DNA from: Myxococcales bacterium
GTDB taxonomy: Bacteria > Myxococcota_A > UBA9042 > JABWCM01 > BTVJ01
Reading direction: 5' to 3'
Length of the DNA stretch: 64,000 nucleotides
Assembly (NCBI GenBank): GCA_045863395.1
Contig: BTVJ01000001.1
Location: 128,001 to 192,000, forward strand
Of the stretch, positions 42,626 to 51,568 are shown piece after piece. Numbering within the stretch: the first letter of the stretch is position 1; every line of letters starts with the position of its first letter. A program made the translations under genes and the position numbers. The notes under the pieces are model-generated. The model did not search any database, was not told the DNA's origin, and was given only the letters and a program-made list of their open reading frames with translations.

Positions 42626-43138
42626 CTACTCCTGGGCGTCGGCACCGCCCGGCGCGAACGGACAGTCCGGGTTGCCGGGGCCCGGGCCGAAGCCTCCCGG
42701 GCCACCGAAGCCCGGGCCGAAGCCGCGACCGCCCCGACCGAAGCCCTTGCGGTCCATGCGCTCCGCCGCCTTCGCGCGCTGCTCGGGGGTGAGGATCGCG
42801 TGCACGGCGAGCCGGTGGTCGATGTGGGCCACCTGGAGCTTGGCACGCACGGCGTCGATCTCCGCGTGCAGCCGCAAGATGGCGGCCCGGTCCGGCGCGT
42901 CCACCTTCCACAGCTCCAGCATCTGCTCGTGGAGCGCCTTCAGGTCGTCGTGGAGCGGCTTGGTCGCAGTCTTCATCTGCTGCTTCAGCGTCGACACCTG
43001 CTCCAGCTGGGCCGCCGAGAGGCCCAGGTCCTTCAACATGCGCTCGCCCATGCGCCCGGGCCCGCGGGCGATGGCCGCCGAGGCGAACAGGAGCGCGACG
43101 ATGGCGAGCAGGCCCGCGATGACGTGTGATCTCTTCAT
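42626..43138 (-). CDS. Spy/CpxP/ZraP-family periplasmic protein
   Basis: Signal peptide, LGLSAAQ and ILTPEQR (LTxxQ) motifs, Gly/Pro/Phe tail; GGAGG RBS. Confidence 0.88.
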   Translation of the reverse strand: MKRSHVIAGLLAIVALLFASAAIARGPGRMGERMLKDLGLSAAQLEQVSTLKQQMKTATKPLHDDLKALHEQMLELWKVDAPDRAAILRLHAEIDAVRAKLQVAHIDHRLAVHAILTPEQRAKAAERMDRKGFGRGGRGFGPGFGGPGGFGPGPGNPDCPFAPGGADAQE

Positions 43139-43188
43139 GGTCTTTCCTCCGCTTGGTTGTCGAACCTCGAACACGCCCCAACGGAGTC

Positions 43189-43203
43189 GCAAGGCCCGTG
43201 CCA
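43189..43203 (-). promoter_or_regulatory. Sigma-54 (-24/-12) promoter of the spy/zraP-like operon
   Basis: Minus strand TGGCAC-GGGCC-TTGC, an exact consensus about 50 nt upstream of the start, in an operon encoding a sigma-54 activator. Confidence 0.85.
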
Positions 43204-43300
43204 CCGCACGCGCCCGCGCCTGACCACGAGAATCTATCCTGGATTCAGTGAGTTGGAAAGCCGGAGAGTCAACGGAGGGGGCGACGAAGGGTCATGGCGC

Positions 43301-43335
43301 GTGCGGTTGTGGCACCGGGAGTGCGAGATCCGCAC
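43301..43335. promoter_or_regulatory. Putative tandem enhancer (UAS) for the sigma-54 activator
   Basis: GTGCGgttgtGGCAC (43301-15) and GTGCGagatcCGCAC (43321-35), a 20-bp period, about 100-130 bp upstream of the -24 element. Confidence 0.55.
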
Positions 43336-43345
43336 TCCCCCGGGG

Positions 43346-44812
43346 CTACTGGCCCGTCTTGAAGACCAGGGACTTGAGGTTGTCGGAGAGCTCGTCCAGG
43401 ACGACCTCCTCCGCCAGGAACTCGTGGCACATATCGCAGTCCTGGCTGAGCGTCTTGCCCTCCTTGGTGGCGTGCTCATCGTCGTGGCAGCGGAAGCAGC
43501 CACGCATGTCGCCGTCGCCGCCGCGATGCCCGAGGTGGGTCGGGTAGGTGTCCCAGCCGATCTTCATCTTGGGCCAGATGTTGCGCCGATAGAGCTCCGC
43601 CATCCCCGCGGCGGCCTTGTCCAGCTTCGCGGCGTCGGGCTTGGCGTCGGGGTACTGCGCGTCATAGGCCGCGGCGAGCTCCTTCCGGTACTCCGCCTCG
43701 ACGGTGTCCCGGTCCCGGTCCTCGCGCAGGAGGATGGGCTCCGCGAGAGCGCGCAGCCACGGGGTCCCCGCGTCGAGGAGGCCGCTCTCGAACGCGAAGT
43801 TCAGCGCATAGGCCGGGGCGCCATCGTAGTTGTGCGTCGGGCGGTTGTGGCAGTCGATGCAGTCCATGGTCCGCGACTCCTTCGCGGCGCCGCCCTTCCC
43901 CTCCGGCGGCAGGTACTCGGCGACCACCTCGCCCCCCTTGAGGACGGTGACCTTGCCGATCTGCTCCCGCTTGTCGTCCAGCGCCTCGTAGCGGACCTCG
44001 ATGTCCGAGCGCACGTGCCAGTGGATGCCCTCCAGCTCTCCCGTCTTCGGGTTGCGCCCGCCCACCTTCAATACGAACAGGTTGACCTCCGCCGTGTTTG
44101 CCTCGTCCGCCTTGTAGTGCATGCGGTGGGTGACGCGGTTGCCGTGGAACTTCTCGGTCCAGTGGCACTCCTCGCAGGTGTCCCGCGCCGGGCGCAGGGT
44201 GTGGACCGGGGCCGGGATCGGGCGACTGAAGTCGTTGGTCATCACCCCCCACACCTGGCGCAGGCCGTCGATCTTCGCCTTGACCGCCCAGGACGCGCCC
44301 TCGCCGATGTGGCACTCCACGCACGCGACGCGGGAGTGGGGCGAGCGCAGGTAGGCCTCGTACTCGGGCGCCATCACCTCGTGGCACACCGTCCCGCAGA
44401 ACTTGGGGCTGTCCATGAACTGCGCAGCCTGCTGCCCGGCGCCGCCGAGGATGACGATGTTGACCACCGTCAGCACCCCGACGAACAGGGCGCGCCGCCG
44501 CAGCGTCCTGCTGCCGACGACGGTGCCCATGGCGGCGAGCAGGGAGTCGCCCCCCGGCTCCTGAGCGGCGATGCGCTTGCGGTAGACGAAGAGGCCGAGG
44601 GGGATGAGCCCGAGACCGAGCAGGAACCCGAAGGGGAGCACCAGCAGGATGAACGCCAGCGCATAGGTGTTGGTCGTCGGGGCCACGAACTGCTGCGCCA
44701 GGGCGAACAGCAGCACGCAGCCGATGACCGTGGTGATCACGACGCCAAGGAGGCTGATCCAGTTGCTCCACAGCCGTGGGAGCCAGTTCGCGATACGTCC
44801 CATCTGTTCCAT
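43346..44812 (-). CDS. NapC/NirT-family membrane-anchored multiheme cytochrome c (about 6 hemes; alternative start at 44803)
   Basis: Three N-terminal TM helices; heme motifs CGTVCH (CX3CH), CVECH, CEECH, CIDCH, CFRCH and CDMCH; SP.FC and SPH motifs. Confidence 0.9.
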   Translation of the reverse strand: MEQMGRIANWLPRLWSNWISLLGVVITTVIGCVLLFALAQQFVAPTTNTYALAFILLVLPFGFLLGLGLIPLGLFVYRKRIAAQEPGGDSLLAAMGTVVGSRTLRRRALFVGVLTVVNIVILGGAGQQAAQFMDSPKFCGTVCHEVMAPEYEAYLRSPHSRVACVECHIGEGASWAVKAKIDGLRQVWGVMTNDFSRPIPAPVHTLRPARDTCEECHWTEKFHGNRVTHRMHYKADEANTAEVNLFVLKVGGRNPKTGELEGIHWHVRSDIEVRYEALDDKREQIGKVTVLKGGEVVAEYLPPEGKGGAAKESRTMDCIDCHNRPTHNYDGAPAYALNFAFESGLLDAGTPWLRALAEPILLREDRDRDTVEAEYRKELAAAYDAQYPDAKPDAAKLDKAAAGMAELYRRNIWPKMKIGWDTYPTHLGHRGGDGDMRGCFRCHDDEHATKEGKTLSQDCDMCHEFLAEEVVLDELSDNLKSLVFKTGQ

Positions 44813-44986
44813 CCCTGATGCGCGAGCGCGCCTTGCTCTGACGGGCACCTCCCCGGTGCCGGCCCGGGTCCCGCCCGAGGTGCGCCATGGATTAGCACAA
44901 CCGGATGCGGAAGTGTCGTGCCATGACGCACCGGGTCATGCTTTGGGTTACACGCCGGTCGCACCACGGGAGGCTCCCCCGCGCTT

Positions 44987-46978
44987 CTACTGCGGGGTGA
45001 AGGTCGGATCTACGTACCCGGGCGCGATGTCCCACCCTCCAGCAGATCCGGAGCGCGGCTGGACCACGGGCCCCGGGCCGATGGTTGCGACGCGCCAGAG
45101 ATCGAGCGACGTGAGCTCCGTCGCCACCTCCAGCGTGAGCTCGCCCTCGACCCACACGCGCACGGTGGCCGTGGACGGCCCGAACCCGTTGTCGTCCCAG
45201 TAGTGCACGCCGATCCGGTAGACGGCGCCCGCCTCGAGCTGCTGGAAGCTCAGGCTCTCGGGCCCCGCGCCATCCACGTCGTCGCGCTCCAGCGTCGCCG
45301 GCCAGGACGGGGTCGGGTTGAACCAGAAGCAGTCGTAGGGGACGTTGAACCACCCGTCCGGCTCGCCGTCGCCGTCGACGTCCGGGCCCGTCGCCTGCGG
45401 GTGGAGCACGTGCAGATCGAGATCCGCCCCCTTCTTGAAGCCCGTGTCGCTCTGGTCCGAGTCCCCCGGTGTGTCCCAGGTGACCTCCACGTAGATCAGG
45501 GCGGCTGGCGCCACGACCACCTCCAGCTCAGTGGGGGCGCAGCTCTCCAGGCCCGCGTCGTCGGTGACGGTCAGCGAGAACCGGTAGACCCCGGCCACGT
45601 CGACGGTGAAGGTGGGGGCGACCACGTCGGGCGACGGCTTGAACACGCCGTGGCTGCCCGGCGGCTCCACGACGGCCCAGCTCCACCCGAGGATCGCCGC
45701 GTCGTGGGGGATGCTCTTCGCGCCCGAGAGCTGGAGCACCGTCTGCGGCTTGACGGCGGTCCCCTCGACCACCGTGATCACGGGCTTCGGGCACTGGCCC
45801 TCCAGGTCGCAGGGCTGGCCGTTGGGGCGGTACACGCAGCCGCCGTCGCACGAGTCGTCGGTGCAGGAGAGGCCATCGTCGCACACCACGGGGGGCGCGC
45901 CCGCGCACACCCCCGCCGCGCAGGCTCCGTCGCCCGTGCAGAGGTCGCCGTCGTCGCAGCCCTTCCCCTCGTTGGTGGGCACCCGCACACACAGGGAGTC
46001 CGCCCCGCACGAGTCCGCCGTGCAGGAGCTGCCGTCGTCGCAGGAGTCAGGGACCGCTGGATCGCACCAGTCGGCGGCAGCGGCGACCAGAATGGCGACC
46101 GCCGCCTCGTCCGTCGCCCTTCCATCTGACACGGTGACGCGGGCAAGCAGAGACGTGGCGACCGGGAGCGCCGGCGCCTTGACGCGGATGCGGCTGCCGT
46201 CCCCGACGAGATCCTCGACGGCCAGCGTGAGCTCTGCGCCGGTGCCCTCGTCCACGAAGGTCCAGGTGAAGGTGAGGGTGTCCGCCGGGTTCGGGTCCGT
46301 CGACGCCTCCGCGGACAGCTCGATCTCGTCGCCCACCTCAGCCTGGGAGATGCTGGCCACGGCGTCGGCTACGGGCGGCTCGTTGACGGAGTTCTGCACG
46401 GTCACCTCCATCGTGTCCTCCGACGAGGCGCCGCCCGGCGCGCTCAGCGTGAGGCGGAAGGTCAGCCGCGTGTCCTCCAGCACCGCGGGAGCATCGAACC
46501 GCACCGTGCCCGCGACGACGCCGTCGCCCTTGCCGCCGGAGACGGGCTCCAGGACGGCGACGGCACCCTTTGGCACGGAGCCGACCAGCTCCCACGTGAA
46601 CGTCGGGTCGTCGCCGATGACGAAGCTGCCGTTGGCGCTCAGCGTGACCACGTCTCCCTCGCCCACCTCCAGGTCGTCGCCCGCGTAGGCATAGCCAGGC
46701 GGAAGGACCGGCTCGCAGCCGCCCTCGACGCACGCGCGGTCCGACGTGCCCGGCTCACACTCGGTGTGCTGCGCACAGGCCTTCAGGCACACGTTGTCAC
46801 GGCAGATCTGGCCGCTCGGACAGTCCGAATCCGTGGCGCACGTCGCGGAGCAGAAGCCGCCCACGCACACCTGGCTCGGCGGGCAGTCAGCGTTGCCTTG
46901 GCAGAGGCCGCCAACCTTCAGGGGACCGTCCTCGCACCCGACGAGCAGGGCAAGGGCGAGCAGGGTCACGGTACGCAT
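44987..46978 (-). CDS. Cys-rich lipoprotein with PKD/Ig-like domains and a C-terminal DLDLH (YfaP/DUF2135-like) domain
   Basis: Lipobox LVGC; C..D.DCP.GQ.C repeats; AG.D..V.EG..V.L and NEPP.A.A PKD-type domains; CDDG..CT.DSC repeats; DLDLH...DD.DG.GPE. Confidence 0.8.
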   Translation of the reverse strand: MRTVTLLALALLVGCEDGPLKVGGLCQGNADCPPSQVCVGGFCSATCATDSDCPSGQICRDNVCLKACAQHTECEPGTSDRACVEGGCEPVLPPGYAYAGDDLEVGEGDVVTLSANGSFVIGDDPTFTWELVGSVPKGAVAVLEPVSGGKGDGVVAGTVRFDAPAVLEDTRLTFRLTLSAPGGASSEDTMEVTVQNSVNEPPVADAVASISQAEVGDEIELSAEASTDPNPADTLTFTWTFVDEGTGAELTLAVEDLVGDGSRIRVKAPALPVATSLLARVTVSDGRATDEAAVAILVAAAADWCDPAVPDSCDDGSSCTADSCGADSLCVRVPTNEGKGCDDGDLCTGDGACAAGVCAGAPPVVCDDGLSCTDDSCDGGCVYRPNGQPCDLEGQCPKPVITVVEGTAVKPQTVLQLSGAKSIPHDAAILGWSWAVVEPPGSHGVFKPSPDVVAPTFTVDVAGVYRFSLTVTDDAGLESCAPTELEVVVAPAALIYVEVTWDTPGDSDQSDTGFKKGADLDLHVLHPQATGPDVDGDGEPDGWFNVPYDCFWFNPTPSWPATLERDDVDGAGPESLSFQQLEAGAVYRIGVHYWDDNGFGPSTATVRVWVEGELTLEVATELTSLDLWRVATIGPGPVVQPRSGSAGGWDIAPGYVDPTFTPQ

Positions 46979-47125
46979 CGGGGGCTCTCCATGGGTGCGA
47001 GCGGTGAACAGCACACCGTTACCACGTTCGCGCGCGCGGCTCCACGGGAGAGGGCCTGACGAGCGCGCGAGAGGCGCCCGGACGGCCCGCACCCACCACC
47101 GGTGAGGAGATCGAGCGTGGACGGA

Positions 47126-48211
47126 TCAGCGGCGGAGCGCCCACGCCCGCAGCAGGTGATCGGCGATGACCAGGCAGGCCATGGCCTCGACGATGGGCAC
47201 GGCGCGCGGGAGCACGCACGGGTCGTGGCGCCCCTTCATCTGGAGCACCGTCTCTTGGTGCGGGGCCACCGTCACGGTGCGCTGGGGCTGGAAGTGGGTC
47301 GCCACGGGCTTGAAGGCCACGCGCATGGTCACGGGCATGCCGTTGCTGATCCCCCCCTGGATGCCACCGCTGTGGTTGGTCTCGGTGACCACCCGCCCGC
47401 TCGCGTCCACCGCGAAGGGGTCGTTGTGGGCGGTGCCGCGCATGCGGGCCCCGGCAAAGCCGCTGCCGCTCTCGAAGCCCTTGGCCGCGGGGATGGACAG
47501 CATGGCGCGGGCGAGCTCCGCCTCCAGCTTGTCGAAGACCGGGTCGCCCAGGCCCGCGGGGACCCCGCGCGCAACGCACCCGACCACGCCGCCCACGGTG
47601 TCCCGGTCTTTGCGGGCGGCCTCGATGGCCGCGATCATCGCCGCCGCGGCGACGGGATCCGGGCAGCGCACGGGGGTCGCGTCCACGGCGTCGCTGGTCA
47701 CCCCGAGGGGGTCCACCCGGGCGTCGACGCCGCCAACGGCCTCCACCCACGCGATGACCTCGATCCCTTCAGAGGCGAGCAGCGCCCGCGCGACAGCCCC
47801 GGCCGCCACGCGCCCCACGGTCTCCCGGGCGCTCGCCCGCCCGCCGCCGCGCCAGTCGCGCACCCCGTAGCGGGCCTCGGTGGTGAAGTCAGCGTGGCTC
47901 GGGCGGTAGGCGGTCCGCAAATCTTCGTATTTGCTGGAGTCCGCATCCTGGTTGCGCACGAGCAGCGCGATGGGGGTGCCGAGGGTCACCCCCTCGAACA
48001 CGCCGCTGAGGATCTCGACGGCGTCGGCCTCACCACGCGGTGTGACCAGCCGGCTCTGACCCGGGCGCCGGCGGTCCAGGTCCCGCTGGATGAGCGCAGG
48101 CGTCACGGGCAGCCCGGGCGGGCACCCGTCCAGGACGCAGCCCACCGCCGGCCCGTGGGACTCCCCGAAGGTCGTGACCCGCAGCAGGCGCCCGAGGCTG
48201 CTCCCGCTCAC
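47126..48211 (-). CDS. aroC: Chorismate synthase
   Basis: [56 protein letters not shown]. Confidence 0.97.
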   Translation of the reverse strand: MSGSSLGRLLRVTTFGESHGPAVGCVLDGCPPGLPVTPALIQRDLDRRRPGQSRLVTPRGEADAVEILSGVFEGVTLGTPIALLVRNQDADSSKYEDLRTAYRPSHADFTTEARYGVRDWRGGGRASARETVGRVAAGAVARALLASEGIEVIAWVEAVGGVDARVDPLGVTSDAVDATPVRCPDPVAAAAMIAAIEAARKDRDTVGGVVGCVARGVPAGLGDPVFDKLEAELARAMLSIPAAKGFESGSGFAGARMRGTAHNDPFAVDASGRVVTETNHSGGIQGGISNGMPVTMRVAFKPVATHFQPQRTVTVAPHQETVLQMKGRHDPCVLPRAVPIVEAMACLVIADHLLRAWALRR

Positions 48212-48927
48212 GCCCGCCTCTTCCGCAGGATCACGAGCAGGAAGCCCCCGAACCTGCGGAGCGGCGATGCGCTCGCCGCCCTCTCCACCGCCTCGACGGC
48301 CGCCCCAACGACCGGCAGATTGAACAGGGCCGCCAGAGGGGCGATGACCCGAATCCCGCCCACGTCGACGAGCTCCACGTCGGCGGGCAGCAGGGCCCGC
48401 AGGTCCCCGAGGGAGTCGTAGCGGGTGTAGACGTGCTCGTCAGTGGTGCCGGCGGCGACCTCCTGCGCGGGCTTGAGGCGCTTGACCAGGTACCGGAGGC
48501 TCTGGCGGTTGTAGTACTCCAGCACCAGGTGTCCGCCCGGCTTCACCACGCGGGACAGCTCCGCGAGGGCCGCCCGGGCGTCCTCCACGTGGGCGAGCAC
48601 CTTGAAGGAGCACACGGTGTCGAAGGTCGCGTCCGGGAAGGGGAGCTCCAGCAGGCTCGCCTGGACGACCTGGTGGCCCCGCTCGCGAGCGCGGCGCAGC
48701 ATGCCGTGGGACAGGTCCACCCCGACCAGCGAGCGCGCGAGGGGCTTGAGGCGCTCCAGGATGAGCCCGGTGCCGCACCCCGCCTCCAGCACGCTCTTGC
48801 CCCGCACGTATGGCTCGACGGTGCGCGTCTCCATCTCGTCGAGGAAGACGTGGTAGCCCTCATGGCGCTGGTCCTCATAGCGCTCGCTGAAGGCGTCGTA
48901 GTAGCTCCGCGTGTCGCGTCGGGTCAC
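48208..48927 (-). CDS. Class I SAM-dependent methyltransferase
   Basis: [37 protein letters not shown] overlaps on both sides. Confidence 0.9.
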   Translation of the reverse strand: MTRRDTRSYYDAFSERYEDQRHEGYHVFLDEMETRTVEPYVRGKSVLEAGCGTGLILERLKPLARSLVGVDLSHGMLRRARERGHQVVQASLLELPFPDATFDTVCSFKVLAHVEDARAALAELSRVVKPGGHLVLEYYNRQSLRYLVKRLKPAQEVAAGTTDEHVYTRYDSLGDLRALLPADVELVDVGGIRVIAPLAALFNLPVVGAAVEAVERAASASPLRRFGGFLLVILRKRRA

Positions 48928-50036
48928 CTGCGCACCTCGTCGTAGATGTCTTCGTAAGCGGCGGCCATGACCTGAGCGGACCACCGCGCAAATACAGCCT
49001 GCCGCCCGGCCTCGCCCATGACGCGCAGGCGTTCGGGCGCATCGAGGAGGCGCCCCAGGGCCGTGGCAAGGGCGACGGGATCCTTGGGCGGGACGGCGAC
49101 GCCCCAGTCGTCGCGCCCCCCAAGCACCTCGACGAGCGGCTCCACGTCGGCGACGACCAGCGGGACCTGCTGCGCCAGGCACTCCAGGAGCACGAGCGGC
49201 AGGTCCATCTTGGCGTAGAGGCTCTCCGCGGGCATCGTCGAGAGGTCGGACGCGGCGATCAGGCCCTCCATGTCGTCGACCTCGTGCAGGAACGTGACGT
49301 CCGCCGCAACGCCCGCGGCCCGGATCGCCTCCCGCACGCGGCCCTCGACGATGCGGGAGGCCTCCTGCTTGATGCGGCAGGCGTACACGAAGTGGGCCGC
49401 GCGGCCGGCGAGCACCCGCGGGATGGCCTCGGCGAGCACCGTCGCCGCGCTGGAGTACTGGTAGTCCCCGGCGAAGAGGATCACGGGTCGATCCAGCGGC
49501 AAGCCGTGGAGCGCCCGGACCTCGGCGCGGTCCTCGCGGAGCGCCGGCACCGGGATGCCAGGAGGCACGTGCACGACGCCGCCCACCCCGGCCCCCTCCA
49601 GCATGCGCCGGTTGTAGGCGCTCAGCGCGACGACGCGGTCCCCAAAGCACAGGCGCGCGACCCCCTCGTAGGTGAGCGGCGAGCTGGAGACGGTCTGGAC
49701 GGTCGGCCGGCGGCGGAGCGCGGTCACGAGGCGAGCCACCGCGGACGTGCGGGGGTTCGGGGCGAAGAAGTAGTGGTGGATGGCCGCGCCGTCCGGCCGC
49801 AGCAGGCGCAAGAGGACGCGGAGGTTCTGCGCGACCCCCGGCGAGTAGGACCCCGCGTCCCCGTAGACGGCCTCCGCCACGCAGTCCGTCCCTGGCGGCT
49901 CGGCGCCGCGGGTGGTCATCACGTGGTAGGTGTACCGGGAACCGAAGCGGGCCACGTCGCGCACGATGTTCTTGCCGCTGTCGTTCCACGGGGGGACGAC
50001 GGGCTTCGAGACCAGCAGTACGCGCGGTCCGGTCAA
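48924..50036 (-). CDS. GT4 (GT-B fold) glycosyltransferase
   Basis: VPPGI, ILFAG, V.FL, P.VLLE.LA..VP.VVADV, G..VPP.DP.ALA.AL, MGEAGR; GGAG RBS and TTG start. Confidence 0.88.
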   Translation of the reverse strand: MTGPRVLLVSKPVVPPWNDSGKNIVRDVARFGSRYTYHVMTTRGAEPPGTDCVAEAVYGDAGSYSPGVAQNLRVLLRLLRPDGAAIHHYFFAPNPRTSAVARLVTALRRRPTVQTVSSSPLTYEGVARLCFGDRVVALSAYNRRMLEGAGVGGVVHVPPGIPVPALREDRAEVRALHGLPLDRPVILFAGDYQYSSAATVLAEAIPRVLAGRAAHFVYACRIKQEASRIVEGRVREAIRAAGVAADVTFLHEVDDMEGLIAASDLSTMPAESLYAKMDLPLVLLECLAQQVPLVVADVEPLVEVLGGRDDWGVAVPPKDPVALATALGRLLDAPERLRVMGEAGRQAVFARWSAQVMAAAYEDIYDEVRR

Positions 50037-50055
50037 TGCTCGGCTCCTGACCCTG

Positions 50056-50274
50056 TCAGACAGGCTCGACCCTCACGAGAGGTTCCCCCTCGGTGACCGA
50101 CTGCCCCTCCTCGACCAGGATCTCCACGATGACGCAGTCTTCGGGGGTCTCGATGGGCACCTCGTCGTCCATGGACTCGAGGATGATGATCGGGGTCCCC
50201 TCCTCCACCTCGTCGCCCTCCTCCACCTCGATCTTGTAGACGGTTCCGGTAACGCGCGTCGTGATCTCGTCCAT
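50056..50274 (-). CDS. Stand-alone biotinyl/lipoyl-carrier-like protein lacking the modified lysine
   Basis: 72 aa; G.V.KI.V.EGD.V.EG..I.ILESMDDE..I..P...I.EILV.EGQ.V..GEPL; GAGGAG RBS. Confidence 0.85.
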   Translation of the reverse strand: MDEITTRVTGTVYKIEVEEGDEVEEGTPIIILESMDDEVPIETPEDCVIVEILVEEGQSVTEGEPLVRVEPV

Positions 50275-50372
50275 CTCCTCGTCCTTCCCTGGTCGTCGAG
50301 CGGGCCTTCGGGCCCGCGGCGCCGGCCATCCTGGAGGCTCCAGGCTGCTCCCGGCGTTGCTCGCGGCGCGGC

Positions 50373-50387
50373 GCAATGCCAATGCCA
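50373..50387 (-). promoter_or_regulatory. Putative sigma-54 promoter upstream of the carrier-GT4-methyltransferase-aroC operon
   Basis: Minus strand TGGCAT-TGGCA-TTGC (GG-N10-GC with TTGC). Confidence 0.6.
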
Positions 50388-50509
50388 AATCTCCGCGAGG
50401 AAGTCCAGAACGTTCGCGCGACCGGCGTCGCGGGCCCGGACCGTGTGCGCAGCACGGTGGGGCCGCTCTCGCTGGATGAGGCGCCCCGCGCGAGCTAGAA
50501 TGCGCGGCC

Positions 50510-51568
50510 GTGTCACCCTACCCCCCGAGCAGCGCGTGGTCCTGGGTCGACGCCGACGCCCCCGGCGTGTGGCGCTACGCGGCGCGCGTCGGCGTGGAGG
50601 TGCCAGGCCCGCAGCGCCTCCACCTGGGCGAGGGAGGGACTCCCCTGCGGCCCCTGAGCGACGCGATCCTGGCGCTTCGGGAGGACCTCTCCCCCAACGG
50701 CTCCCACAAGGACCGTAGCCTCGTGGTGCAGGTGTCGGCCTGGGCTGCCCGAGGCGCCCGCACGCTGGTGCTCTCTTCGTCGGGGAACGCGGCCATCGCT
50801 GCGGCAGCCGCGTGTCGGGTGGCGGGGCTTCGCCTGGTCGCCCTGGTGTCCCCGCTGACGCCGCCGGCGAAGGTCGCCGCAATCGCCCGGTGGGGCGCCG
50901 CCATCGTCCGCAGCGACCGCGCGCCTGGCCTGTGCCGCGAGCTGTCCCTCGCCCTCGGGGCGCCGGACATCCGCCCGTCCGTGGACGACCTGGCCCTGGC
51001 CGGCTACCGGACGCTGACCTTCGAGCTGGCTGAGCGCCAGGTCCCCTGCGATGCGGTCTTCGTCTACTCCACGTCGGGCAGCACCCTCTGTGGCATGGCG
51101 GAGGGCCAGCGCGCATTGCGCGACGCCGGCTTCAAGGGCGTCCTCCCAACCCTTCACGCGGCGCAGGCGGGCGGAGGCGCACGCCTCGCAGCGGCCTTCG
51201 GTTACACCCCGCCCGCAGCACCCCAGGATCGCAGCGTAGTGCGGGATCTTGGCGCGAAGCACTCTCGACGCCACGGCGACACCGTCCGCGCGATCCGGGG
51301 CTCTGGCGGTGCCGCCTGGCACGCAACGGACGGCGCGATCCTCGCTGCGCGCGAGTGGCTGCTCGACCGGGGCGTCCACGCGGGCCTGGAGAGCGCCTGC
51401 GCCGTGGCGTGTGCGCTCCGCGCGGTCGACGCAGGGGCGGTCCGGCACCCGCTGGTCCTCCTCAGCGGCCACTACGGCCATGAGGACAGCGAAGCTCCCG
51501 AGGTCATCGCTGCGGACACGGTCGCCGAGGCCCTGCCCGCCCTCGGGCGGGCGGGGGTGCTCCGGTGA
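50510..51568 (+). CDS. PLP-dependent enzyme, fold type II (threonine synthase-like)
   Basis: LGEGGTPL, PNGSHKDR (PLP Lys), SSSGNAA, GYRTL.FEL. Confidence 0.85.
   Translation: MSPYPPSSAWSWVDADAPGVWRYAARVGVEVPGPQRLHLGEGGTPLRPLSDAILALREDLSPNGSHKDRSLVVQVSAWAARGARTLVLSSSGNAAIAAAAACRVAGLRLVALVSPLTPPAKVAAIARWGAAIVRSDRAPGLCRELSLALGAPDIRPSVDDLALAGYRTLTFELAERQVPCDAVFVYSTSGSTLCGMAEGQRALRDAGFKGVLPTLHAAQAGGGARLAAAFGYTPPAAPQDRSVVRDLGAKHSRRHGDTVRAIRGSGGAAWHATDGAILAAREWLLDRGVHAGLESACAVACALRAVDAGAVRHPLVLLSGHYGHEDSEAPEVIAADTVAEALPALGRAGVLR

Noticed and set aside
43310..43324. Plus-strand TGGCAC-N5-GTGC sigma-54-like element
   Set aside because: It lacks TTGC, points antisense into the cytochrome gene, and arises from the overlap of the two palindromic boxes.
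44907..44923. TGGCAC-N5-TTCC upstream of the cytochrome gene as a sigma-54 promoter
   Set aside because: The invariant -12 GC is absent at the required spacing.
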